Source: Octopus sinensis (lineage: Eukaryota). From it: DNA of 64,000 nucleotides. The notes beneath the pieces were generated by a model. The model saw nothing but the letters and a program-made list of their open reading frames with translations, made no database searches and had not been told where the DNA came from. Where the stretch lies: positions 24,800,001 to 24,864,000 of the forward strand of contig NC_043005.1 in assembly GCF_006345805.1 (NCBI RefSeq), in the 5' to 3' direction. Below, piece by piece: positions 52,070 through 64,000 of the stretch; the stretch's first letter is position 1, and each line of letters starts with the position of its first letter. The position numbers and the translations under genes are program-made.

Positions 52070-52420
52070 GCGGAGGCGCAATGGGCAGCGGGATCGCTGT
52101 TTCGATTCCCAGACCGGGCGTTGTGAGTTTTTATTGAGCGAAAACACCTAAAACTCCATGAGCTCCAGTGGGGGGGGGGGGGGGCTGCTGTATTCTTTCG
52201 CCACAACTTTCTCTCACTCTTTCTTCCTGTTTCTGTTGTACCTGTATTTCAAAGAGCCAGCCTTGTCACACACTGTGTCACGCTGATTCTCCCCGAGAAC
52301 TACGTTAGGGGTACACGTGTCTGTGGAGTGCTTAGCCACTTGCATGTTAATTTCACGAGCAGGCTGTTCCGTTGTGCGGATCAACTGGAACCCTCGTCGT
52401 CGTAACCGATGTAGAGCCAC
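52070..52420 (+). mobile_element. SINE family B (head partly deleted)
   Basis: Matches 5226-5610. Confidence 0.88.
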
Positions 52421-52899
52421 GACGACGACATATCTGGATCTATATACCCATACATAAAGTCATATTACTCACATAAACGTATACATGAGCATACACACAA
52501 ACTGATTGAATTTTACAAACTAACTGGGCCATAAATATGTTCTCCTTTTTCTTCATGTCTAAGTATTTCGTATACAACTGGCAAAGAAAGACATCTGCTG
52601 TACTGATAACGTCTCTAAAAGTAAAAACCTATGCCTACTGCTGTCATCTTTTCTCCAGACAATCATTCTGTTTTCTCCTTAATGGCACCTCACTTATCGA
52701 GAAATTCCTGATTCTTGATATTATCTTCCTTTCTCCACCAGATGATTGTTTAACCTTTTCTAGAAGCGGAGATGTAATTTCAATAAATCAATGTCATGCT
52801 GTATGGTAATTAATACATTTTTCTTCAACTATGCTTTTTAAAGTCATGTCATTAACCACTGAGCCATTTCTGTTAGCGCATTTTTATCTCTATATAAGT

Positions 52900-53034
52900 G
52901 CAGGCATGGTCGTAGAGTTTAACAAGTTCCTTCTTTTGAATTCAATTCCTATTACTCAAGACCTTGGACAAATGTCTTCTACAACAGTCTGGAACTTATC
53001 AATGATTTATGAGGAAATTTGATGCTATAGCTTG

Positions 53035-53105
<71 letters not shown>

Positions 53106-53270
53106 CCACTGTTGCAGGAATCACGTCGCTCGCCAAAAATGGTAGCGACAGAATAAGTACTAGACATAAAATAAATCCTAGTGTCGAAGAATTGATCGAT
53201 TAAACTCAACAAGGCGGTGCCCCAACATGGCCGCAGTCCAAAGACAGAAAAAAAGAATGAAAAGATAAAT
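52900..53270 (+). mobile_element. SINE family C (old) with long (TG)n
   Basis: CCTTGGACAAATGTCTTCTAC...(TG)n...GGCGGTGCCCCAACATGGCCGCAGTC. Confidence 0.7.
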
Positions 53271-53943
53271 AAATTTATATACATTAGACATACATCTGAA
53301 TACATACACAGATAAGCACACAGACATTCTATCTATCTGTCTGTCTGTCTGTCTATGATGGCTCTACTCTATACTGTTTTCTCCTATCGTTTTCTCTCTC
53401 ATCCATTCTCTAATTCCTTTTTCTCTTCATTGTTTTCTATCTCTCTCTCCCTCTTTCTCATTTACACTCTCGTTGCTCACACGTGATCATCGTCCATCTT
53501 TCTTTTCCTCACTTGATCCGCTTTTTCTTTCAGGGCTGTCCTAAAGACTGGACGTAACCTGTCTCTCTCTTCTTACTTTTCTCTTGTCAAAGAAAATATT
53601 TCTCCAGCGTTCGCTATTTTACCCTCATTCTGGTCTAACGACCCTCCATGTTCGTTTTCGTTCGGTTTCCTTGTATGTCTCCACTGTCCTGTTTTTGTTC
53701 CTAACTTTCACCTCCATAAATCCCCTATTTATTTTGGTACTTATGGGAGCAACTATCTTCGAAGACTCATATTGTCGTTCAGTGTCCGAAATGAGGAGTA
53801 GATAGACAGCCGACAACTAATGAAGGGTCGTTCTTTAATTTACTTGTCTTGTTTTCCATTTGTTTCTCTCGTTTGCGTATTGAACTTATTTCTTTTCGCA
53901 TTTTATGTTGTTTACTGTTGGTGACGTCCTATACCCATATATA

Positions 53944-54018
<75 letters not shown>

Positions 54019-54192
54019 ATATATAGAGTAGTCGTACAACGAAGCACCATTGTTTACTGAAAATAGCAGTCGATGCATTTACGATGTCATAGTAAAGCTT
54101 CAATGTGTGAAGACGTGTGAGGGCAGCAAACAAAAAAAAAATTGTCTGTTCTCTTGGAAGAACATTATAAAAATGGACAACCAGAATCGGAT

Positions 54193-54267
54193 AATCCAGT
54201 ACCTAGGTTTCAGACTCTTCAAATACGTTTGTTATCATAAATTTGATTAGTCTTCATCAGCTGGATT
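54193..54267 (-). ncRNA. Canonical type I hammerhead ribozyme (intact core)
   Basis: Minus strand AAUCCAG-CUGAUGA-AGACU[32 nt incl. UCAAAU/AUUUGA]AGUCU-GAAA-C-CUAG-G-UA-CUGGAUU: 7-bp stem I, 5-bp stem II, stem III with palindromic CUAG loop, GUA cleavage triplet. Confidence 0.88.
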
Positions 54268-54538
54268 TACCTGGACAATATTTCAAATGTTGCTACATCA
54301 ATGCCAGTATACTCGCCTGAACACTTAGCCGTTAATAGACCGAGAACAGCGAAAATATTTTCAATGAAGAGTAAAATATTGCAATACAAATGTATTACTT
54401 TCCAGTAAAATAATGCACCGTAAAGGTAGAAGTATAAATATAGAGTAGTGGTACAACACACATCTATCCATATACGCATACATACAAACAGATAAGTATA
54501 TATGTGTGTGTGTGTGTGTGTGTGCATATATTATATAT

Positions 54539-54770
54539 ATTTCTTTACTACCCACAAGGGGCTAAACATAGAGGGGACAAACAAAGACAGACAAAGGGAT
54601 TAAGTTGATTACATCGACCCCAGTGCAGAACTGGTACTTAATTTATCGACCCCAAAAAGAATGAAAGGCAAAGTCGACCTCGGCGGAATTTGAACTCAGA
54701 ATGTAACGACAGACGAAATACGGCTACGCATTTCGCCCGGCGTGCTAACGTTTCTGCCAGCTCGCCGCCC
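54539..54770 (-). mobile_element. SINE family A (monomeric)
   Basis: Consensus match; TSD CATATATTATATATA. Confidence 0.92.
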
Positions 54771-55591
54771 ATATATTATATATATACATGGTATTGCAAG
54801 CAAGCGCGCACACAGAGTTTGTAATGGAAACGGAGTGTGAAGACAAACCAAATTTGGAAGCTGTTCCCATCCCTACCTCCCTAAATCTCTCAACAAGACA
54901 AACACATGCTTTATTATTCACAACTGTTTGTCTATATTATTACTCATCTCGTTTCTCATCATTTATAATTGCTTTTCCTCGTAGACAGATACGATGTTTT
55001 AAGGTCTAGCTAGGAAGGGGAAGAACTATAAAATGAGGTGGTCGTGGTTTCCATTCGTTACTGTGTAGGTTTTGATTTCGTCATTTCCGCTAATGCGATT
55101 ACTGTTCAAATGGTCAAATATTGTAACGATCTGGAGAAAGCGGAGGAGAGAGAATATGCCGTAAATACACAGGAAGGCAGGCGCGCACACGCACATACAA
55201 ACACACGCATAAGATAAAACACAATTTTATGCGCCAACGCAACAGAATATCTCTATCCTCCATTTGTCGCTTCGGCCCTTTCGTATCAACCTGTCCGAAA
55301 ACTGGCCTGGTTCTATGATAGCAACTCCCTGTTTTAACGTAATCCGAATTAAAACCCGCCATCAAAATTTGATATTAATTCATGTTCCAAACACCAGCTT
55401 AAGAATGACAAATTAATTTTACTAAATTAGAAAATCTTAAGAGATGAGAGACGTAACTATATTAACAAGTAAAGTTAATCGCCAGCTTTCTTATAGATGC
55501 AGCTTGCTGGAGAATGATACGGGTTCGCTCTCCTGCTTGCGATATATACTGGATGGAGGCTGCACCTATAACCAGCTGACGGAAGAAGATC

Positions 55592-56009
55592 GGATCTTTT
55601 CGGTTTGAACGTCAGTTTTTTTTTAATAATTTCCACGTTACTAAACACTTTTAAACTTCGTATACTGGTAGAATGTGTTTATAAAACATCTTTTTCTCTT
55701 GGCTTTATTGAGAAAATTCTATAGTTTGTAAGATATTTGTTGTTTTTTATTCTTCAATTTCTGCAATTTCAACCAATAACTGACGTCTATTGAGGTGAAC
55801 ACATTCTGTGCCGTATGAATATGTCCCTCGTTTAAGAAACAGATTGGGTTTATTTACATTTCTGAAGAAAAAAAGATACCCTTCCCCCCACCCCTAACCC
55901 TAACCCTAAAACAGATTGAAATATAATAGATCGATACTAGGGTCATCATTATGGGTGACAATTTCATATGACACCGCTAGAAAAACTGCCGTTCAAACCG
56001 AAAAGATCT
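55592..56009 (-). mobile_element. Second copy of the GGATC-ended MITE (CCCTAA repeats)
   Basis: Reverse complement of 26868-27299. Confidence 0.9.
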
Positions 56010-57099
56010 CCCTTCGGTTAAAAGATCTCTCTTCGGTTAAAAAGGTAGTAACATTGAATAGCCGTATTGATGAGGTGATTATTTTTACTTATTTTACTCA
56101 ATTTTGAAATAACATATACGCCAACAACAAAAACGCTAGCTGCGGACTCGTTGCTTTATAGGTCTTTTAAACACCGGTGCGCTTTATGTGTGGATAAAAG
56201 ACCGATGTCGGGCAAATGAATAAATATATGTAAATAATATTTCTTCTTTCTCGGTGTTGATTCTTCGAACAGAGTGGTGACATTTAGTAGAGATGACCCG
56301 GAAGTTGTTCCTCTTCGATTACTATCGCAAACAGCAGTAGCTTTCTTCAACCGAATGTTGATTGGTTGAGATTACCCAAATACAACAACTTAAATTTTTG
56401 AATATTACTTTAAAATTTTTACAAATGATTGGAATGAAAAAAAATAATTGTTAAAACTCCTTTATTTCAAGTAGAGATGGAAATACTCGATGTCGTATAA
56501 ATAGGACACTGAGACAATGTGATATAGCTTATTTAATGTTCTCATTTAGTGTCCTATTTATAGGACAGTGGGACTCAATGGGTTAACAATAAATAACTTC
56601 TAAAATACGAAATTTTGTTAAAAACGTTCAGAGAAAACCGTGTTCTACGTGAGGAATTCTACCCGTATTCGAAGTTTCAAACTGTTTAGTTAAAAAAAGT
56701 TAATTAAAAAAAAATCTGTGATTGAAACTGAATTGATCCCTAAATTTTTTTTATTATATTCAGTAATAATTGAAATAAAGGTAGTTTACTTCAACAGAAC
56801 TATGGTAACAAAAGGGTTAGATGAAGCCTGGCTTGGTTTCTGTCCTGCTGAACTTAGGTAGAGAGTACTCACTGTTTTGAGCCCAGGCATTTTACTTACC
56901 TCATCTCCTTTCACATCACCCCCCCATCTGCTTCTCTTCCTCCCACACTGTACTGTGTCTAGCAGACATTTAGGTGTTGCTCCATCATAGCCTTAGAGAT
57001 AATGGATATAACAAACAAAAGTAAGAAGTGAAGAAATCAGAACCTCTTTCTCTCTTTTTTTTCCTCCCGCCCCTCTTTTTACAGAGACGATCCCTCTTT

Positions 57100-57130
57100 T
57101 TGATAGACGGAAAGTGAAAGAAGTCTGTCG

Positions 57131-57189
<59 letters not shown>

Positions 57190-57420
57190 GTGTGTATGTC
57201 TTTGTGTTTGTGTTTGTCTCTCCCCATCACCACTTGACAACCGGTGTTGGTGTGTTTACGTCCTCATAACTTAGCGGTTCGGTAAAAGAGGTCCGATAGA
57301 ATAAGTATCAGGCTTAAGTAATAAATACTGGGGTCCATCGATTGGACTAAAAATTCAAGGCGGTGCCCCAGCATGGCCACAGTCTAATGATCGGAAGAGG
57401 TAAAACAATAAAAGATAACG
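57100..57420 (+). mobile_element. SINE family C 3' part with (TATC)n
   Basis: Consensus match. Confidence 0.85.
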
Positions 57421-57814
57421 ATTCACTTTTTCTTTCACGCTCTGTCTGTGTGCCTACCTGTCTGTCTGTCTCAGTCTCTTTGTCTGCCTCTCTCGTACAC
57501 ACACACACACATATACACACGCATATACACACATACGCATGCACGCATACACACATACACACGCATACGCACACATTCACATACTATACACACATGCACA
57601 CAAAACATACACACATTCACACACGCACACGAATACACACACACACTACACAGATGCACACATTCACACACACACACTACACACATACATACACGCCTAC
57701 ACTTACATACACACACACGCGCGTACCAGTCCGTTCAAGATGTATTTATTTGTTCAAATACTGCTTGTCTTCATAGAAATGTAAAATATAAGGAAATGCA
57801 CTCGAGTGACAAGA

Positions 57815-57846
<32 letters not shown>

Positions 57847-57925
57847 CACTACTACTACTACTACTACTAATACTACTACCACCACTACTACTACTACTAC
57901 CACTACCACAACTACTACTTCTACC

Positions 57926-57975
<50 letters not shown>
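57815..57975. repeat. (ACT)n/(ACC)n microsatellite
   Basis: Directly visible. Confidence 0.95.
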
Positions 57976-58348
57976 ATCTACGCATTCGGCACCGTATTCA
58001 TTGCCACCACTGTCTCCATCACCCTCTCCATCAAAGTCATCATCATCATCAACGGACAAACTATCCAATTTAGTATTCTTAAGAGACCTCTTAGCCATGT
58101 TTAGAAATCTCATTTCTCAAGTTTATCCCTCACCCCCGCCCTCTACTTACAACACTACACACCACACCTTACACTACGCCACAGCACAGCTCCCCCACCC
58201 CACACTCGACCACATCAGACCACGTTTCAAACAGCATCACCAACCCACCAGTACCTTACCACTTTTGGTAAAGAACTGGTTCGTTGTTTTTTGACTTCGG
58301 AAATATTTCTCTTTAATTTATAAACACACGTGTGCGCGCGCGCGCACA

Positions 58349-58387
<39 letters not shown>

Positions 58388-58518
58388 GTACACGTACACG
58401 TGTGTGTATGTATATACATGTAAACATACATACACACATATATATATATACCATATATATATATATACACATATATTATACATATATATATATACATACA
58501 TATATACATACATATACA

Positions 58519-58571
<53 letters not shown>

Positions 58572-58654
58572 ATCCAAACAAGAAAGCACAAAAAAACACA
58601 ACGCGAGGACGTGGAAGAAATATAGTATTATTGGACGCTAAGGAAAGAAGAAGG

Positions 58655-58689
58655 GTTTAACGTTTCGAGCGGAGCTCTTCGTCGGAAAC
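58655..58689 (-). ncRNA. Minimal hammerhead motif (U4C core variant), copy 1
   Basis: Minus strand GUUU-CCGACGA-A-GAGC[UCC]GCUC-GAAA-CGU-U-AAAC. Confidence 0.65.
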
Positions 58690-58762
58690 ATAGGTGAAGG
58701 AAAGATCCAGAGAAGGGAAGACAGAGGAAAAATATATATATATATACATACCTATATATATA

Positions 58763-58809
<47 letters not shown>

Positions 58810-59067
58810 TACACACACACACACTAACACTATATATATATATATATATATAATATATATTATATATATATATATATATAATTATATATATATATATATA
58901 ATATATATATACATACTACATATATACATACATACATATATATATATATACATACATACATATATATATATACTATAATATATATATACATACATACATA
59001 TATATATATATTATATATACATACATACAATATATATATATATTACATACATACATAATATATATAT

Positions 59068-59098
<31 letters not shown>

Positions 59099-59127
59099 CA
59101 TACATACATATATATATATATACATAC

Positions 59128-59188
<61 letters not shown>

Positions 59189-59197
59189 CATACATAT

Positions 59198-59235
<38 letters not shown>

Positions 59236-59240
59236 CATAC

Positions 59241-59316
<76 letters not shown>

Positions 59317-59543
59317 CATATATATATATATATATATATATACATACATACACACAATATATATATATATACTACATACACACATATATATACATATGTA
59401 TATATTCATACGTATACATACATACATATCCATATATATATATATATATATATATAGTTAATCCAAACAAGAAAGCACAAAAAAACACAACGCGAGGACG
59501 TGGAACAAATATAGTATTATTGGACGCTAAGGAAAGAAGAAGG

Positions 59544-59578
59544 GTTTAACGTTTCGAGCGGAGCTCTTCGTCGGAAAC
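59544..59578 (-). ncRNA. Minimal hammerhead motif (U4C core variant), copy 2
   Basis: Identical to 58655-58689. Confidence 0.65.
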
Positions 59579-59736
59579 ATAGGTGAAGGAAAGATCCAGA
59601 GAAGGGAAGACAGAGGAAAAATATATATATATATACACATACCTATATATATATACATATATATACATACATACTATATATATATATATTATATATATAT
59701 ACATATATATACATACAACACACACACACACACTAA

Positions 59737-59783
<47 letters not shown>

Positions 59784-60048
59784 CTACATATATACATACA
59801 TACATACATATATATATACATACATACATACATACATAATATATATACATACATACATATATATATATACTACATACATATATATATATATACATACATA
59901 CATATATATATATATCATATATATATATATACATACATACATACATACACATATATATATATATATATATACATACATACATACATACACATATATATAT
60001 ATACATACATACACATATATATATATATATATACATACATACATACAT

Positions 60049-60085
<37 letters not shown>

Positions 60086-60108
60086 CATACATACACATAT
60101 ATATATAT

Positions 60109-60151
<43 letters not shown>

Positions 60152-60304
60152 ATACATACATACATACACACATATATATATATACATACATACATACACA
60201 CATATAATATATATATATACATACATACATACACACATATTATATATATATATTATATATACATACATACACACACATATATATATATATATATATACAT
60301 ACAT

Positions 60305-60345
<41 letters not shown>

Positions 60346-60500
60346 CATACACATATATATATATACATACATACATACACATATAATATATAAATACATA
60401 TATATATATGCATATATATATATATATAAATACATATATATACACACATATATATGCATATATATATATAAATACATATATATATATACACACATACATA

Positions 60501-60556
<56 letters not shown>

Positions 60557-60570
60557 TACACACATATATA

Positions 60571-60608
<38 letters not shown>

Positions 60609-60960
60609 TATACACACATATATATGCATATATATATATATTATATATATATACATATATATACACACATATATATGCATATATATATATATATATATAT
60701 AAATACATATATATACACACATATATATGCATATATATATATATATAAATACATATATATATACACACATGCATATGCATATATATATATATATATAAAT
60801 ACATATATATATACACACATGCATATGCATATATATATATATAAATACATATATATACACACGCATGTATATACACATATATTTTGCATATTTTGATCAT
60901 GTATTAATCTGTTTTAATGTCTTTTACATTATTCATATTGAGTATACAGTATTCATATTT

Positions 60961-60993
<33 letters not shown>

Positions 60994-61444
60994 TTGTTGT
61001 TGTTGTTTCATTCATTCACTCATTGAAGCTACCAGTCTTGTCTTGTCGATGTTGGTATTTCAAATAATCGCCCTTTTTATAAATAATGATTAAAAAAAAA
61101 AAAAACTAGCCACACCATCAGACATTGTTACTGTTACTGTCATTGTTTAACCCCAGGTCAACCCTATTTGGGATGTATGATCGATCGAAGACTTTAATCC
61201 GTAACCATCCTGCTTTATTTTTTTTCAGGAATTGTGTAACTTAATTTGCATTATCCGTCGTGGCTTTCTTATTTAAGATGGTAGGGTGCAATTTAGAAGA
61301 GATTTAGCTATTTGGATGCTATTTCTAGCAGTTTAAACAACCACGTTGAGGTTGGTATGGCGAAACTTTACTGTTGAGGATTACAGCTGAATTACTTTTG
61401 ATCATAAATCTTCGGGATTGACTTAGGGATAACTAATGGTTTCT

Positions 61445-61652
61445 TATATAGGCACAAGGTCAATAATTTTGAGTGGAGGGGATTAATCGAGTCCATCAAT
61501 CATTGTACTTGATTGGTACTTTATTTTGTCGACCCCGGTGGGATAAATGGCAAAATTAACCTTAGCGGGATTTGAACTCAAAATGTCAAGAACCAGCACA
61601 AATGCTGCCAAGTGTTCTTTCCGAGCTTAGCGATTCTGCCAGTTCGCCTCCT
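61445..61652 (-). mobile_element. SINE family A (old)
   Basis: Degenerate consensus match. Confidence 0.75.
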
Positions 61653-61664
61653 TCCGTGGGTTAA

Positions 61665-64000
61665 ATAATTTATTCTTTTAATTAGCCACAAGGGCTTACA
61701 TAAGATAACACAAAATGACATAACAGAACAATACAAAAGGGTTTTTAAATCATGTAAGCAAAAAACAAAACAGAAAAAACAATGAAAATCAGACTCGCAA
61801 AAAGGGGAAGCGATTTAAAGGTTGCTCATAAAAAAAACCCCCACAAAACCACATGTGGACTGACTAACAGGGCAAGAGCCCTCTCCTTTTTTTCTTTTTC
61901 ACAGGTGCATGCTCAAGATAGGTCCTTTCACACTAACCATTTTCCCAACATTCACCCACCTTTCAACAAGTTTGCTAGAAGACAACGCGTCTCTCTCCAA
62001 CCTCACTTTCCTTTTCAAGTGAAACTTGAAAAAGTTGATGAGGGCTTGGCCAAAGAGAAAAGTGTCTGTCTTCAGCCCTTTCAAGCGTGTCCACCACACA
62101 GCTTCTTTTGCTACAGCCACCAGACAAATGAAAATTGCTTGTTCCTCCCGACCGAAGGAGGTCGGCGGTGCAGTTCTCACTATGGATTCAGTCGATAGCC
62201 GGAGCTGTCCTACACGTGACAGCTGGTGTTCGACATAAATTCACAGGTCAGCAATGTTCGAGTACTGGACGAATGCAGGCTCAGCTGACGGCGTTTCCGT
62301 GCCTGTAACGTTTATCTCGAACAGGCAGCGTCCTCCGGTAGCACAGACAGGCCAGGAATTTTTGGAGGTTATCCATAGGCCCCGGCCCGAAAATCCTCCG
62401 GATCACACTAGTAAACTGATCACCGTCGACGTCCAGAGTTTCCGCACTTTCCCTCCACTAGCCCTCTATAGAACGCTAGAGTGGAACTACCACCGACCGC
62501 ATTGCCCGACTGGCAGAGGTCTGTGAGCGCTTGACGGCACTCGAGGTGCAAGCACCCTGCCTCGGTCTGCATTTAATCCAGGATTGCAGTTCAGTCAAAG
62601 AGACGAGCTAATGGCAACCACCCCTGTTCGTCAAGGAAACGCAGGAGATGCCGCAGCCTGAGCGCATTCCTGCACGTCAGCAACCACGGCATGCCCAGCT
62701 CTGGTTTCGCTAATGGCTGCTACATCTACACCATGTGACCTCAAGTCGTTTAGAAGGTGACCTTGTTTTCAAGCCGACCCGAGGCCACTGGCATTCAAAT
62801 AACCCGCTGTGAGCATGGCCATGCTGAAAGAATAATAATGGAGGAGAGTGCCACCTACCGCTGTTTCCTGGTTGAATGGTCTCTTTATTCTTGGATGGGC
62901 ATGAGCAGATTTTTGAAAAGTCTTTCGGAAATGTTTTTCTGAAACTGCCGAATAGCTTGCGGGTAATTTGATTTTATTGCGTTGTATGTGTGTTGTGATA
63001 TTTTAAAAATTTGTTTGTGTGCTGGTGTTGTGTTGTCTGTTGGATAAACAAAATCTTTTATTGTGGTGTCTGTGTGATCTCTTAAATGGTTCATGAGTTC
63101 CATGTTATTTGTATTTATGGCTGCTAGGTTGGTAATGTGGGGAATCTGTTAGTGGTAGGATTTGTGTTCTTGTCTGTGTTTGTGGACGAGGCTATGGTGC
63201 TGGTGAATATGTTGTTGTTGGCGGTTGTGTTAGTGTGTTGCTGCTGTTGGGAAGTTCAGCTTCTTTGCACCTCCCCCGTTTTCCTTCTAGTGGTTCTGCC
63301 GTTTTCTTCGCCTTTTGTTGGGGACTGTATGCCATTCCCCCTTCTCGACCTCAGTGTTTCAAAGATCTATGTTGTCCTGGTCGGGAAGGTGAATATCTTG
63401 AGGGCAACATCTACCGGTGCTGCTGTTACTGCTGGTAGTGGTACTTCGGCTGATGTTGAGGTTGTTTTTCTTTTTGTCTGCTGTTGCTGTCTTTGCTGTT
63501 GGTGGTGCTTCAACGGTGGTTGAAGGCAGTTATTGTTATTGTTGTAGTGGTGGTGATGATGTTGATGGTACCTTTGCTGTGTTGGCTGCCACGCTGGAGA
63601 TGGCACCAAAGCTGGTGTGGGTAGAAGGGCTGGCCGTTCTTCCCTTCTCAGTCTGAGGCACGAAGCCTTGACGTGTTTTTTCTTACCACAGAGGTAATAC
63701 CCCAGCCTTCTGCCCTGTACAGCAACGTGGAGTTTTGTGCTGTGGTTGGCTGATCGAATCGGGGATGCGTTCTATGCTCAGTTGTTCTACTTGGATTAAG
63801 AACTCCATCCCCTGACCCGACTAATTTCGTTGGTGCAACTTGTGCACCTCCAGTATTGTGGAGGTGTCCTCAATGTCTAGTCGGACTGCCACCACCAGTC
63901 AGCATATATTTATTTCTGGAGGTACCTCCCCAATTTTTACTTTTGTTAAGCGCCGACCAAGGTATATCGGTACGAGCAAAAAATCCTGAGTTTTTAGTGG
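61665..64000 (-). mobile_element. L1/Tx1-like LINE, internally deleted and pseudogenised, extending past the window end
   Basis: ORF1-like remnant (LLVPIYLGRRLTKVKIGEVPPEI; low-complexity T/Q region). ORF2 start at 62816 MLTAGYLNASGL...DVAAISETR (APE endonuclease N-terminus) joins directly to post-RT LGMPWLL..ALRLRHL. C-terminus AKEAVWWTRLKG..GQALINFFKFHLKRKVR and A-rich 3' end at ~61670. Confidence 0.85.

Larger units (their letters stand above)
58330..60880. repeat. ~2.5 kb compound (TA)n/(TACA)n/(CA)n microsatellite field containing an 889-bp-period duplication
   Basis: Directly visible; unique blocks 58568-58730 and 59457-59620 are near identical. Confidence 0.95.

Noticed and set aside
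57746-58294. Poly-Thr/Ser/Val mucin-like ORFs
   Set aside because: Translation of an (ACT)n microsatellite, with no splice or domain support.
58313-60900. Long ORFs up to 267 aa ([12 protein letters not shown])
   Set aside because: Read-through of (TA)n/(CA)n microsatellites, which lack stops in several frames. The same applies to 1094-1592, 41594-42056 and 57347-57870.

Overview
Repeat-saturated, AT-rich eukaryotic non-coding DNA. It is most likely cephalopod (octopus-like), inferred from the tRNA-derived SINE families and the extreme microsatellite load; this was not verified by search. I see no convincing host protein-coding exon, and almost all provided ORFs are microsatellite or SINE read-throughs. 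The window holds three abundant tRNA-derived SINE families (here called A, B and C), decayed LINE fragments (RTE, CR1/L2-like, L1/Tx1-like), and Tc1/mariner, hAT and Merlin-like DNA transposon remnants and MITEs. It also has several long palindromes, tandem duplications and large microsatellite fields. The most interesting signal is a set of type I hammerhead ribozyme (HHR) motifs from at least four unrelated repeat families. These are an apparently intact canonical HHR (54193-54267, -), a tandem pair of minimal HHRs 889 bp apart (58655 and 59544, -), a decayed one behind a Penelope-like remnant (29283), and a non-autonomous element joining a tRNA-like Pol III head to a minimal HHR tail. That last element occurs at three loci (2700, 17179, 45989), always in an inverted arrangement like Penelope pseudo-LTRs, and is a candidate ribozyme-bearing, Penelope-mobilised SINE/retrozyme. 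Coordinates were read by eye, and repeat boundaries are approximate to within tens of bp unless TSDs or TIRs are quoted.
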